Shown here piece by piece: positions 26,200 through 35,249 of a stretch of DNA of 64,000 bases. The stretch spans positions 128,001-192,000 of the forward strand of contig CAWDVE010000010.1 in NCBI GenBank assembly GCA_963805625.1, in the 5' to 3' direction. Position 1 is the stretch's first letter. The number at the start of each line of letters is the position of its first letter. A model generated the notes under the pieces. The model worked only from the letters and a program-made list of their open reading frames with translations. It was not told the DNA's origin and searched no databases. The position numbers and the translations under genes were made by a program. The stretch comes from an uncultured Candidatus Rokubacteria bacterium (lineage in GTDB: Bacteria > Methylomirabilota > Methylomirabilia > Rokubacteriales > DASRDR01).

Positions 26200-26991
26200 G
26201 TGGAGCTCGGGATCTCGGGACGGGTCGCGCTGGTGACGGGGGGATCGAAGGGCATCGGCCGGGCGGTCGCGGCCGGCCTGGCGAGCGAGGGTTGTCGCAT
26301 CGCGATCGCCGCGCGAGGGACGGAGGCTCTCCGGGGGACGGCGGAGTCTCTGATGGCCAAGGGCGCCGAGGTGCTGACTCTGGCCGCCGACCTTGCCGAG
26401 CCCGACGCAGCGCGTCGCGTCGTGGAGGCCGTCGTGGCCCGGTTCGGACGACTCGAGATCCTGGTGAACAACGCCGGCGCGATTCGGGGCGGGGACTTCC
26501 TGACGACGCCGGCCGAGGCGTGGGCGGACGACTGGCGGCTGAAGATTCTCGGCTACGTACGGATGGCACAGGCGGCGATCCCGATGATGCGGCCGGGGCG
26601 CTGGGGGCGGATCGTCAACATCATCGGCGCGGCGGCCCGGAACCCCGCCACCACCTACATGGCGGGAGGGATCGCCAATGCCGGGCTGATCAATTTCACC
26701 CGGGCCCTCGCCGACCTCGGGGCTCCGGACGGGATCCTGGTGAACGCGGTGAGTCCCGGGGCGACCGCAACCGAGCGGTGGGACCGCCTGGTGGCCCAGC
26801 AGGCCCAGGCCCAGGGGCAGTCCGTGGAAGTGCTCCGCGCCGAGGTGGCGAGGAAGCAGCCGCTCGGGCGAATCGGGCGGCCCGAGGATGTCGCAGACCT
26901 GGTCCTGTTCCTTGCCTCCGAGCGGGCGGGCTTCCTCACCGGAGCCTCGATCACGGTGGACGGGGGAGCGAGCAGGGGGGTGTACCTCTAA
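26200..26991 (+). CDS. Short-chain dehydrogenase/reductase
   Basis: VTGGSKGIG, LVNNAG, VNAVSPG and VDGG; AAGGAGG RBS before GTG. Confidence 0.92.
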   Translation: MELGISGRVALVTGGSKGIGRAVAAGLASEGCRIAIAARGTEALRGTAESLMAKGAEVLTLAADLAEPDAARRVVEAVVARFGRLEILVNNAGAIRGGDFLTTPAEAWADDWRLKILGYVRMAQAAIPMMRPGRWGRIVNIIGAAARNPATTYMAGGIANAGLINFTRALADLGAPDGILVNAVSPGATATERWDRLVAQQAQAQGQSVEVLRAEVARKQPLGRIGRPEDVADLVLFLASERAGFLTGASITVDGGASRGVYL

Positions 26992-27004
26992 GGCGGGAAT
27001 CCCC

Positions 27005-27034
27005 TTGACACCGGTCCCGGGCCCCGAGTACGTT
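27005..27034 (+). promoter_or_regulatory. Sigma70-type promoter for the RRM gene
   Basis: TTGACA-18 bp-TACGTT. Confidence 0.5.
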
Positions 27035-27148
27035 TTTCGCACTCCACGGGGCTTTCTTGAGCGACGTTCCGTCCGTCCGCTACCGGCCCTCGGAGAGGCG
27101 CGCCTCTCTGGGGGCTTTCTTGTCTCTCCCTGAGGCCGGAGGTGACCG

Positions 27149-27499
27149 ATGCCCGCCAAGCTCTTCGTAGGCAACCTGTCCTACCAGGCCACGGAGGAGG
27201 ACCTTCGGGAGCTCTTCCAGCAGGCCGGTACCGTCCAGTCGGTCCGGATCGTGACGGACCAGTTCACCGGGCGGCCGCGAGGGTTCGGCTTCGTGGAGAT
27301 GTCGACGCCGGAGGAAGCGACCCGGGCGGTCGATCAGCTGAACGGACGGGTGTTCCGGGACCGGAACCTCGTGGTCGATCAGGCGCGGTCCCAGGCGGGC
27401 GGCGGGGGCGGCGGCGGCCGGCCTCCAGGACGCGGTCCCCGGGACGATCGCCGAGGGCCGGGTGGGGGTGGGGGCGGGAGAGGGTCCTTCAACCGCTAG
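27149..27499 (+). CDS. RRM RNA-binding protein with Gly/Arg-rich tail
   Basis: KLFVGNL (RNP2), RGFGFVEM (RNP1) and a GGGG/RG tail; GGAGGTGA RBS. Confidence 0.95.
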   Translation: MPAKLFVGNLSYQATEEDLRELFQQAGTVQSVRIVTDQFTGRPRGFGFVEMSTPEEATRAVDQLNGRVFRDRNLVVDQARSQAGGGGGGGRPPGRGPRDDRRGPGGGGGGRGSFNR

Positions 27500-27694
27500 A
27501 CTCGACAGTCGTCCGGTCGCCCCCTCGGGACACCTTCTGCTTGCCGGCGGGCGGTCGCGACCTCCTCCTCCTCCTCCGGAGCCACCGCAAGTGGGCCTGA
27601 ATCGCCAACTGTCCGTCGGGCTCCTCCATCCAGCGGAGCTCATCCGACGGCGGCGCGCTTGAGGCGAGTCACTCAACATCGGTATAGTACCAAT

Positions 27695-28618
27695 GTGCTT
27701 ACCCGCTACGTGGAGACCCAGGCGAAGAGCATCCTGAACTCCGTTCAGGGCATGGGGTTCCGCTGGAGCGTGAACCCCTATCGCGGCTGCGTGCACGGGT
27801 GCCACTACTGCTTTGCGCGCCGGTATCACCGGTATCTCGACCTGGGATCCGGCGAGGACTTCACGGGCGTGATCCTCGTGAAGGTCAACGCGGTGACGGT
27901 CCTGCGCGCGGAGCTTTCACGGCGCGGCTGGCCGCGCGCGACGGTCGCGGTGGGGACGGCGACCGATCCCTACCAGCCGATCGAGGGCCGCTACCGCCTG
28001 ACGCGCGGGATCCTCGAGGCCCTCGCCGATGCGAGGACGCCGGCGAGTGTGGTGACGAAGGGTCCGATGGTGATCCGGGACCGCGACGTGCTGGCGGCCG
28101 TCCGCGATCGCGCCGGGGTGTCGGTGTGCGTGAGCCTCACGACGCTCGATCCTGATCGCTGGCGTCGGCTCGAGCCCGGCACGGCCCCGCCGCGCCAGCG
28201 GCTCCGGGCCGTGGCGGCACTCGCGGCGGCCGGCATTCCCGTCGGCGTGCTGCTCGCACCGATCGTGCCCGGGCTGACGACCGATCGCGCGAACCTCGAG
28301 GCGGTTGTCCGCGGGGCGGCGGAACACGGCGCAGCGTTCCTCGGGGCCGGAGTGCTCCACCTCGAACCCGGCGTGCGCGAGCACTTCGACGGCTTTCTTT
28401 CCGCCGAGGCGCCGACCTTGCTGCCGCTCTACCGGCGCCTGTACCCGGGAACCCGGGCGCCCGCCGGCGTCGAGCAAAGCCTGGGAGCGGCCGTGGCGGA
28501 TCTCCGGCGGCGCTACGGTCTGGTCGACCGTCCCGTGTCGGCGCGGGCTCCGAGCGCCCCTGCACGGCAGGGCGGAGAGCATCAGGCGAGAGACTCCCAG
28601 CTGGGCCTGGGCCTTTGA
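27695..28618 (+). CDS. Radical SAM protein, SplB-like/Rv2578c family
   Basis: NPYRGCVHGCHYCFAR, GTATDPYQPIE and LEPGTAPP...RL motifs; GTG start 6 nt after TATAGT. Confidence 0.9.
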   Translation: MLTRYVETQAKSILNSVQGMGFRWSVNPYRGCVHGCHYCFARRYHRYLDLGSGEDFTGVILVKVNAVTVLRAELSRRGWPRATVAVGTATDPYQPIEGRYRLTRGILEALADARTPASVVTKGPMVIRDRDVLAAVRDRAGVSVCVSLTTLDPDRWRRLEPGTAPPRQRLRAVAALAAAGIPVGVLLAPIVPGLTTDRANLEAVVRGAAEHGAAFLGAGVLHLEPGVREHFDGFLSAEAPTLLPLYRRLYPGTRAPAGVEQSLGAAVADLRRRYGLVDRPVSARAPSAPARQGGEHQARDSQLGLGL

Positions 28619-28917
28619 GCCAGGCGCCGCCGGTGGGAGCGACCGATCATGCCTACGGTTGTTGACGCCTGACACGATGGCGACGACTCGGAGCGCCCCT
28701 CCGCCTGGCCGAGGTTCACGGCGTCGGTGAGGAACGCGCGGCAACGAACGAGATGGGTCGCCGTGAAGACCTCCTCGTCCTGGAGCGCGACGCGCTTCGC
28801 CGCGTCGAACGCCGGCAGGATCCAGTTGGGATAGTCGAGACCACGTGCGGTTCTCGACGTCGCGCGAGGCGGTCGCGCGGGTGTTCTCGCGCGTGGTGTT
28901 GTCGCGCGGGTTGACAC
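28582..28917 (-). CDS. Hypothetical protein or gene remnant
   Basis: 111-aa ORF filling an intergenic gap; protein-like core LDYPNWILPAFDAAKRVAL; no family recognised. Confidence 0.3.
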   Translation of the reverse strand: MSTRATTPRARTPARPPRATSRTARGLDYPNWILPAFDAAKRVALQDEEVFTATHLVRCRAFLTDAVNLGQAEGRSESSPSCQASTTVGMIGRSHRRRLAQRPRPSWESLA

Positions 28918-28939
28918 ACGGGCACGCGCGATCTAGAGT
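28911..28939 (+). promoter_or_regulatory. Sigma70-type promoter
   Basis: TTGACA-17 bp-TAGAGT. Confidence 0.5.
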
Positions 28940-29018
28940 CGCCGCGTGGTAAACGCCTCCGACGCGCAGAACCGTTCGGCGTCACCTCATCGCGTCGCTC
29001 CGCTCCGCCGGACCGCCC

Positions 29019-29810
29019 GTGCCGGGCTTGCGAGTCCGTGCGGGGGCGGTCGCGACTAGCTTCGCCGCGTCCGTCGTGCCCGCCGGCGGGCATACGCTGT
29101 CGAAGGCCGAGGCTCGCGCCCGAGTCTGGCGCGAGATGGAGATCCACGGTGTCGCCCGGTTCCCGGGGGCCAGCGGACGTATCCCGAACTTCGTCGGCGC
29201 CGAGCGCGCGGCGCTCCACCTCCAGGGTCTGCGCATCTGGCGGGAGGCCCGGGCGGTCAAGATCAATCCCGACGCACCACAACTCCCGGTCCGCCGGATG
29301 GCGCTTCGGGAGGGCAAGGTGGTCTACATGGCGGTGCCGAGGCTCAGGAGCCTCGAGTGCTTCCTCGAGTTGGACCCGGCCCGCCTGGGCAAGCAGGCTC
29401 TCCAGGCGGCCTCGATCCGGGGCGCGGAGCGGCTCGGCCGCCCGGTCGGCATCGAGGACCTGCCGCTCATCGATCTCATCGTGTGCGGGGCCGTCGCGGT
29501 GAACGCGCGCGGCGTCCGGGTGGGGAAGGGCGGAGGCTTCTCGGACCTCGAGTACGGGTTGCTCGCCGAGGCGGGCCGGGTCGGGCCCGGGACGCCGATC
29601 GTCACGACGGTCCATCCCGTGCAAATCCTTCCGGAGGCGATCGAGATGCGGCCTTACGACATCGCGGTCGACGTGGTCGTGACCCCCGACGGGGTGATGA
29701 CGCTTCGGCCGACGTTCCCCCGGCCCCGCGGCCTCTACCGGGAGGCGCTGGCCCCGGAGAAGTTCGCCGAGGTGCCGGTCATCGGGCACGTTCTCCGCCG
29801 GGGGGCGTGA
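29019..29810 (+). CDS. 5-formyltetrahydrofolate cyclo-ligase family protein (MTHFSD-like); start uncertain
   Basis: RIPNFVGA, KINPDAPQ, GKGGGFSDLEY and TTVH...DIAVD motifs. Confidence 0.85.
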   Translation: MPGLRVRAGAVATSFAASVVPAGGHTLSKAEARARVWREMEIHGVARFPGASGRIPNFVGAERAALHLQGLRIWREARAVKINPDAPQLPVRRMALREGKVVYMAVPRLRSLECFLELDPARLGKQALQAASIRGAERLGRPVGIEDLPLIDLIVCGAVAVNARGVRVGKGGGFSDLEYGLLAEAGRVGPGTPIVTTVHPVQILPEAIEMRPYDIAVDVVVTPDGVMTLRPTFPRPRGLYREALAPEKFAEVPVIGHVLRRGA

Positions 29811-29814
29811 CGGG

Positions 29815-30750
29815 GTGGACGCCACCGTCGGTCTGGTTCAGGCGCTCCTGCCGGTGACCGCGCACGTGACCGCGCGGGTCGCCGCCGCACATCCCTCCGC
29901 GCGGATCCTGGGGACGGAGCGCATGGGGTCGGCGGTGGTCGTGGAATCGGCGGGGCTCCTGCTCACGGTCAACTACGTGGTGATGGGGGCCCGCCGGGTC
30001 CGCGTCACGATGACCGACGGCCGCCGCCTCGACGCCAAGGTAGCGGCGCAGGACTTCGAAAGCGGGTTCGCGCTTCTGCGGGTGCCTGCGACCGGGCTCC
30101 CCGCGGCGCGGCTCGCGTCCTCGGACGAGGTGGCGCTCGGAGCGTCCGTCTTCGTGATCGCCGCGACGGGTCCCACGGAGCGGAGGGTCGCAGGGGGTAT
30201 CGTCACCGATCTGGGCGAGTTCGAGGCGTACTGGGAGTACCTGCTGGACCGTGGGATCGTCTCGAGCGCCGCGAATCCAGGGTTCGGCGGCGGGCCCCTG
30301 TTCGATCTCCGCGGCTCCGTCGTGGGCGTGGTGTCCCTGAACCTGGAGGGGATCGGGCGCGAGTCGCTGGCGATCCCCGTGGAGTACTACACGCGGCACC
30401 GGTCCGAGCTCCTCCGCTTCGGGCGCGTGACCAGCCGGCGGCGCCGGGCGTGGATCGGCGTGTTCCCCCATACCCTCGAAGAGAGGCTGATCGTCGCGGG
30501 GCTGGTGCCCGACGGTCCCGGGGAGCGCGCCGGACTCCTGGACGGGGACGTGATCGTGCGCGTGGACGATCAGGAAGTCTCGAGCCGCCGGGACCTCTAC
30601 GCGGCGCTCTGGCGCCACGAGCCCGGAGAGCGGGTGCTGCTGGACGTGATGCGGGAGGACCGCCCCCGGCGGGTCGAGGTGGTGACCCAGGACCGCTCGG
30701 ATTTCTACGCGCTCGAGCGCCGGGGCTCGGGCGACCCGCCCGCGGGCTGA
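29815..30750 (+). CDS. S1C/HtrA-like trypsin-fold plus PDZ protein with a degenerate catalytic triad
   Basis: GSAVVV...LLLTVNYVV, DFESGFALL and NPGFGGGPL, followed by a PDZ domain (AWIGV, GPGERAGL..GDVI). Confidence 0.85.
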   Translation: MDATVGLVQALLPVTAHVTARVAAAHPSARILGTERMGSAVVVESAGLLLTVNYVVMGARRVRVTMTDGRRLDAKVAAQDFESGFALLRVPATGLPAARLASSDEVALGASVFVIAATGPTERRVAGGIVTDLGEFEAYWEYLLDRGIVSSAANPGFGGGPLFDLRGSVVGVVSLNLEGIGRESLAIPVEYYTRHRSELLRFGRVTSRRRRAWIGVFPHTLEERLIVAGLVPDGPGERAGLLDGDVIVRVDDQEVSSRRDLYAALWRHEPGERVLLDVMREDRPRRVEVVTQDRSDFYALERRGSGDPPAG

Positions 30751-30815
30751 GCCCTCCGCCGACCTGTCGGTCGGCCGACACCCGAGGACTTCCTCCCCGT
30801 CGTCTCGGCTGTCTC

Positions 30816-30843
30816 TTGACAGGTCGCGGGCGCCTGCTATTTC
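30816..30843 (+). promoter_or_regulatory. Promoter for hsp20
   Basis: TTGACA-16 bp-TATTTT with an extended TG. Confidence 0.5.
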
Positions 30844-30917
30844 AACAGTGGGGCCGGGAACGGTTCCCGGGGTGCATGAGCGCCCGAAATCATTACAAAC
30901 GTTGAGGAGAGCATTCC

Positions 30918-31415
30918 ATGTTCGAACTGACGCGGGGATTCCCCTTCGGGTCCATGTTCCAGATGCATCGAGACCTTGACGACATGCTCGGCCGGTTCCT
31001 AGCCCGCGATGCTGGCTCCGCGCCCTACCGCACCGAGACGGAGCCGGTGGCTTGGTGGCCTGCGGTCGAGAGCTATGCCAAGGACGGCAACCTCCACGTG
31101 CGCGTGGCACTCTCGGGTGTCGATCCCAAGGACGTCGAGGTCACGGTCTCGGACGACTACCTCACGATCCGCGGCGAGCGCAAGGCGAAGAGCGACGAGA
31201 AGGACGGTAACCGCTACGTGCGTGAGTTCGCGTATGGCTCGTTCGAGCGTACCCTCGCGCTCCCCGAGGGCATCGACCCGGGCAAGGTGCAGGCGAAGTT
31301 CGCGAACGGCATGCTCGACCTGACGGTGCCGGCCCCGGTCGCTGTCGTGCCGAAGAAGGTTGAGATCCAGATCGAGGACGGCGCGGGCCAGGCCAAGGCC
31401 ATCAAGGCCGCCTGA
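30918..31415 (+). CDS. Hsp20/alpha-crystallin small heat shock protein
   Basis: GVDPKDVEV, LTIRGER, YGSFERTLALP and AKFANGML motifs; GAGGAG RBS. Confidence 0.95.
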   Translation: MFELTRGFPFGSMFQMHRDLDDMLGRFLARDAGSAPYRTETEPVAWWPAVESYAKDGNLHVRVALSGVDPKDVEVTVSDDYLTIRGERKAKSDEKDGNRYVREFAYGSFERTLALPEGIDPGKVQAKFANGMLDLTVPAPVAVVPKKVEIQIEDGAGQAKAIKAA

Positions 31416-31458
31416 CGGCGTCGGGCAAGGGGAACCGGGACCAGCGGTCCCGATGTGA

Positions 31459-31490
31459 CGCGGCCCCCGGGCGCATACCCGGGGGCCGCG
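31459..31490 (+). terminator. 13-bp GC stem-loop downstream of hsp20
   Basis: CGCGGCCCCCGGG-CGCATA-CCCGGGGGCCGCG; no U tract. Confidence 0.55.
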
Positions 31491-31536
31491 CTGCGTTCCG
31501 TCGCGGGGGGTCTCGGGGCTTTGCTATAGTTGGGCC

Positions 31537-32367
31537 ATGTGGCCGCGGCTCTCACGCATGGGCGGCGTGGTCGCGGCGGCCCTGCTGGGCCTCGCGGGCC
31601 CCGCGACGGCCGACGACTTTCCCATCGTCGACGCCCACCTCCACTACAGCCAGAACAGCTGGCAGGACTACGCTCCTGCGGCCGTGCTCCTCCTGCTGGA
31701 CCAGGCCGGCGTGCGGCGGGCTTTCGTCTCTAGCACTCCCGACGACGGGACGGTGCGCCTCTACGAGGCGGCCCCCGACCGGATCGTGCCCGTCCTGCGC
31801 CCGTACCGGCAGGCGGGCGAGCTCTCGAGCTGGCACCAGGACCCCACGGTCGTGCCCTACCTCGAGCAGCGGCTCGCGCGCCGGATCTACCGGGGGATCG
31901 GCGAGTTCCACCTGACGGGGGCCGACGCGCGGTCGCCGATCGTGCGGCAGGTGGCGGAGCTGGCGGATCGCCACGGGCTGTTCCTCCACTGTCACTGCGA
32001 CGCGGCGGCGGCCGAGATCCTCGTGGGCCTCGTCCCGGGAGTGCGGGTGCTCTGGGCTCACGCGGGCATGAGCTCGGGGCCGGACGAGGTGAGCCGCCTC
32101 GTCGGCGTCTCGGTCGACCTCCTGGTCGAGCTGGCCCTCAGGTCGGACGTGGCCCCGGGCGGGCAGCTCGATCCCGCGTGGCGGGACCTCTTCCTCCGCC
32201 ACCCCGACCGCTTCATGGTGGGGACCGACACCTGGGTCTCCTCACGCTGGGCAGGGTACGTCGAGGTCCAGAACGATGCCCGCACCTGGCTCCGCCAGCT
32301 CCCGCCCGAGGTGGCGCGCCGGTTGGCGACCGAGAACGCCGAGTCGCTCGCGCGTCGCGGCCCCTGA
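31537..32367 (+). CDS. Exported amidohydrolase-superfamily protein
   Basis: Signal peptide, DAHLHY, GIGEFH, WAHAG and RFMVGTD motifs. Confidence 0.85.
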   Translation: MWPRLSRMGGVVAAALLGLAGPATADDFPIVDAHLHYSQNSWQDYAPAAVLLLLDQAGVRRAFVSSTPDDGTVRLYEAAPDRIVPVLRPYRQAGELSSWHQDPTVVPYLEQRLARRIYRGIGEFHLTGADARSPIVRQVAELADRHGLFLHCHCDAAAAEILVGLVPGVRVLWAHAGMSSGPDEVSRLVGVSVDLLVELALRSDVAPGGQLDPAWRDLFLRHPDRFMVGTDTWVSSRWAGYVEVQNDARTWLRQLPPEVARRLATENAESLARRGP

Positions 32368-32429
32368 GGCCGGCCGAAGGGCCGCCCGTCAATGACCCAC
32401 GATCTGCGTCCGGGGGAGATCAACGACCG

Positions 32430-33218
32430 ATGACCCGCTACGCCGCGAACCTGACGATGCTGTTCAACGAGGTGCCGTTCCTGGAGCGCTTCGAGCGGGC
32501 AGCCGCCGCGGGGTTCCGCGCGGTCGAGTTCCTGTTCATCCACACCGCGGATGCGAGCGCGGTCGAGCGGGAGCTGGAGCGGCACGGCCTCGAGCTGGTC
32601 CTCTTCGATCCCGAGGGCGGCGATTTTGCGGCCGGCGACCGCGGGTACCTCTGCGATCCGGCCCGGCGCGACCATCTCTTCACGACGATCCAGGACGCCG
32701 TGGCGGTGGCGCGGCGCGTGGGCTGCCGACGACTGAACGTCCTCGCGGGGAACCGCCCCCCGGGCGTCTCCGAGCGCATCCTGCGGCGCACCGCGGTGGA
32801 GAACCTGAAGCGAGCGGCCCCGGTGGCCCGCGAGGCAGGCATCACCCTCCTGGTCGAAATGCTCAACGCGTGGGAGAGCCCCCGGTACTTTCTCGACCGG
32901 CTGGAGCTCGGGCTGGACATCGTCCGGGAGGTGGGCGAGCCGAACGTCCGCTTCCAGTACGACTGCTACCACATCCAGCGGATGGAGGGTCAGGTCATCG
33001 ACGGCCTGGTCCGGAATCTCGCTTGGATCGGGCACGTCCAGATCGCGGACGTGCCCGGACGGCACGAGCCCGGCACCGGGGAGGTCCACTACGGGAACGT
33101 CTTGGCGGCGCTCGATCGGGCCGGATACGAGGGCTACGTGGGGCTCGAGTACCGGCCCTTGGCCAAGACCGAGGACTCCTTCGCCTGGCTGCCGCGGGAG
33201 GCCCGGGCGCGCCGGTAG
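32430..33218 (+). CDS. hyi: Hydroxypyruvate isomerase family protein
   Basis: YAANLTMLFNE, GFRAVEF, YDCYHIQ, HVQIADVPGRHEPGTGE and VGLEY motifs. Confidence 0.88.
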   Translation: MTRYAANLTMLFNEVPFLERFERAAAAGFRAVEFLFIHTADASAVERELERHGLELVLFDPEGGDFAAGDRGYLCDPARRDHLFTTIQDAVAVARRVGCRRLNVLAGNRPPGVSERILRRTAVENLKRAAPVAREAGITLLVEMLNAWESPRYFLDRLELGLDIVREVGEPNVRFQYDCYHIQRMEGQVIDGLVRNLAWIGHVQIADVPGRHEPGTGEVHYGNVLAALDRAGYEGYVGLEYRPLAKTEDSFAWLPREARARR

Positions 33219-34093
33219 CGGCGGCCCCGGCGCTCGGACCCACGGCCGACCACCCCGCGTCGGAGGCGTCGCGGTCCCACCCAGTCGCGACGCCGCTCCG
33301 GAGCGCCTTCCGCTACTTCTACGAGCACGACGGCTTCTTCCTGGCCGCCGGGCTCTCCTTCTACGTCGTGATCTGCATCGTGCCCTTTCTCCTCCTGGTG
33401 ATTGCCGGGAGCGCGTTCCTGATCTCCAACGAGATGGTGCTACGCGAGGTCGTGGAAAGGCTGGGGGCGCTGCTCCCCGTGTACCAGGCCGAGATGGAAG
33501 CCGCCCTCCGGGCGGTGATCGACGCGAGAGGCGTGTCGAGTCTGATCGGTACCCTGATCCTTCTCTTCTTCGCCTCGCAGCTGTTCGCCGCGACGCGCCT
33601 CGTGCTGAACCGGGTGTTCCAGCACAAGGGCCGGGGTCTGATCCACGGGATGCTGTTCGACGTGGGGATGATCCTGCTCCTGACGGTCGTCTTTCTCGCG
33701 AGCATCGCCGTCACCGGGGCGTTCGCGTGGGTGCGGGGGATCGCACTCCTTGCGGGCCGGGCCGCATTCGTGTCGACGGCTTTCTACTGGGCCGGGCTCC
33801 TGCTGGCGCTTCTCCTGGACACCGCGCTCTTCGTGGTGATCTACCGGTTCGTGCCGAACCGGCGCATCCGCTGGTCGAGCGTGCTCGCAGGAGGGCTGGC
33901 GACGGCGGTTCTCTGGGAGAGCGCGAAGCAGGCCTTCCGCTGGTGGATCCAGGGTATCGGGCTCTACAGCGCAGTGTACGGATCGCTGGGAGTTACGGTC
34001 GCCCTCATGATGTGGGTGTACTACTCGGCGACCGTCTTCATCATCGGCGCGGCGCTGATCCGCGGGCTCGAGGAACATCGGAGCCGCGTTTGA
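33215..34093 (+). CDS. YihY/BrkB family membrane protein; start codon not identifiable
   Basis: HDGFFLAAGLSFY, IYRFVPN, LWE..K..F, YGSLG and WVYYS..VFIIGA motifs. Confidence 0.85.
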   Translation, partial: VAAAPALGPTADHPASEASRSHPVATPLRSAFRYFYEHDGFFLAAGLSFYVVICIVPFLLLVIAGSAFLISNEMVLREVVERLGALLPVYQAEMEAALRAVIDARGVSSLIGTLILLFFASQLFAATRLVLNRVFQHKGRGLIHGMLFDVGMILLLTVVFLASIAVTGAFAWVRGIALLAGRAAFVSTAFYWAGLLLALLLDTALFVVIYRFVPNRRIRWSSVLAGGLATAVLWESAKQAFRWWIQGIGLYSAVYGSLGVTVALMMWVYYSATVFIIGAALIRGLEEHRSRV

Positions 34094-34101
34094 CCCCGTG
34101 T

Positions 34102-34130
34102 TTGACCCGTCTCTCGGGTCCGCCTATAAT
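34102..34130 (+). promoter_or_regulatory. Sigma70-type promoter for selD
   Basis: TTGACC-17 bp-TATAAT. Confidence 0.65.
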
Positions 34131-34205
34131 CCGGCATCGTCCCGCCGCCGGCGCCGCATCCCAAGAGCGGCGCGGCCCCGTCTCCGGAGGGGAGGTGATT
34201 CGAGG

Positions 34206-35249
34206 ATGGACACGCCCGTTCGCCTGACGACGCTCTCTCACGGCGCCGGCTGAGCCTGCAAGCTCGGGCCAGAGGATCTGGCCCAGGTGCTGCGGATGCT
34301 GCCGCCGATCACCGACCCCAACGTGCTGGTGGGACCGGAGACCTGCGACGACGCCGCGGTCTATCGACTGACCGACGGGCTCGCGCTCGTGCTGACGGTG
34401 GACTTCTTCACGCCCATCGTAGACGATCCGTACGCCTTCGGGCAGATCGCCGCCGCCAACTCGCTCTCCGACGTCTACGCGATGGGCGGGCGTCCGATCG
34501 CGATGCTGTCGATCGTCGGATTCCCGAGGGACAAGCTCCCCATGACCGTGCTTGGCGAAGCCCTGCGGGGCGGCGCCGAGAAGGCGCGCGAGGCGGGCGT
34601 GAGCGTCGTCGGAGGCCACTCCATCGACGACGCGGAACCCAAGCTCGGCTACGCCGTCGTGGGGCTGGTCCATCCCGGGCGCATCTGGCGGAACGTCGGC
34701 GCCCGACCGGGCGACGCGCTCGTCCTCACGAAGCCGCTCGGCACCGGCATCATCTCGACCGCGATCAAACAGGCGCAGGCGCCGGAGCGGGCGGTGACGG
34801 CGGCCATCCGGACGATGGCTACCTTGAATCGGTCGGCGGCCGAGGCTGCCGCCACGGTGCCGGTCCACGCGGTGACGGACGTCACGGGGTTCGGGCTCCT
34901 CGGCCACCTCCGGGAGATGACCCAGGGCTCGAAGGTGCATGCCCGGCTCCATGCGGGGCGGATCCCGCTCCTCCCGGACGTCGTGGCGCTCGCCGAGGCG
35001 GGCTTGATCCCGGGCGGGACCAGGCGGAACCTCCATGCGGTGGTGACGACGGTGGAGTGGGATCCGAGCCTCCCCGAGTCACTCCGTTTCGTGATCGGGG
35101 ACGCGCAGACATCGGGCGGGCTGCTCGTCGCGACACCCGATGGCGCGGCGCTCCTCCGAGCGCTGGACGCGGCGGGCGTGGAGGGGGCCGCTCAGATCGG
35201 CGAGGTCGTCGGCGAGGATCCGGCGGGGACAATCCAGGTGATGCCGTGA
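34206..35249 (+). CDS. selD: Selenophosphate synthetase with selenocysteine (in-frame TGA at 34251)
   Basis: MDTPVRLTTLSHGAG-U-ACKLGP continues in frame into DDAAVY, TVDFFTPIVDDP, AANSLSDVYAMGG, TDVTGFGLLGH and DAQTSGGLL. Confidence 0.95.
34266..34284 (+). promoter_or_regulatory. Putative bacterial SECIS hairpin
   Basis: GGGCCAGA-GGA-TCTGGCCC starting 12 nt after the UGA. Confidence 0.7.
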
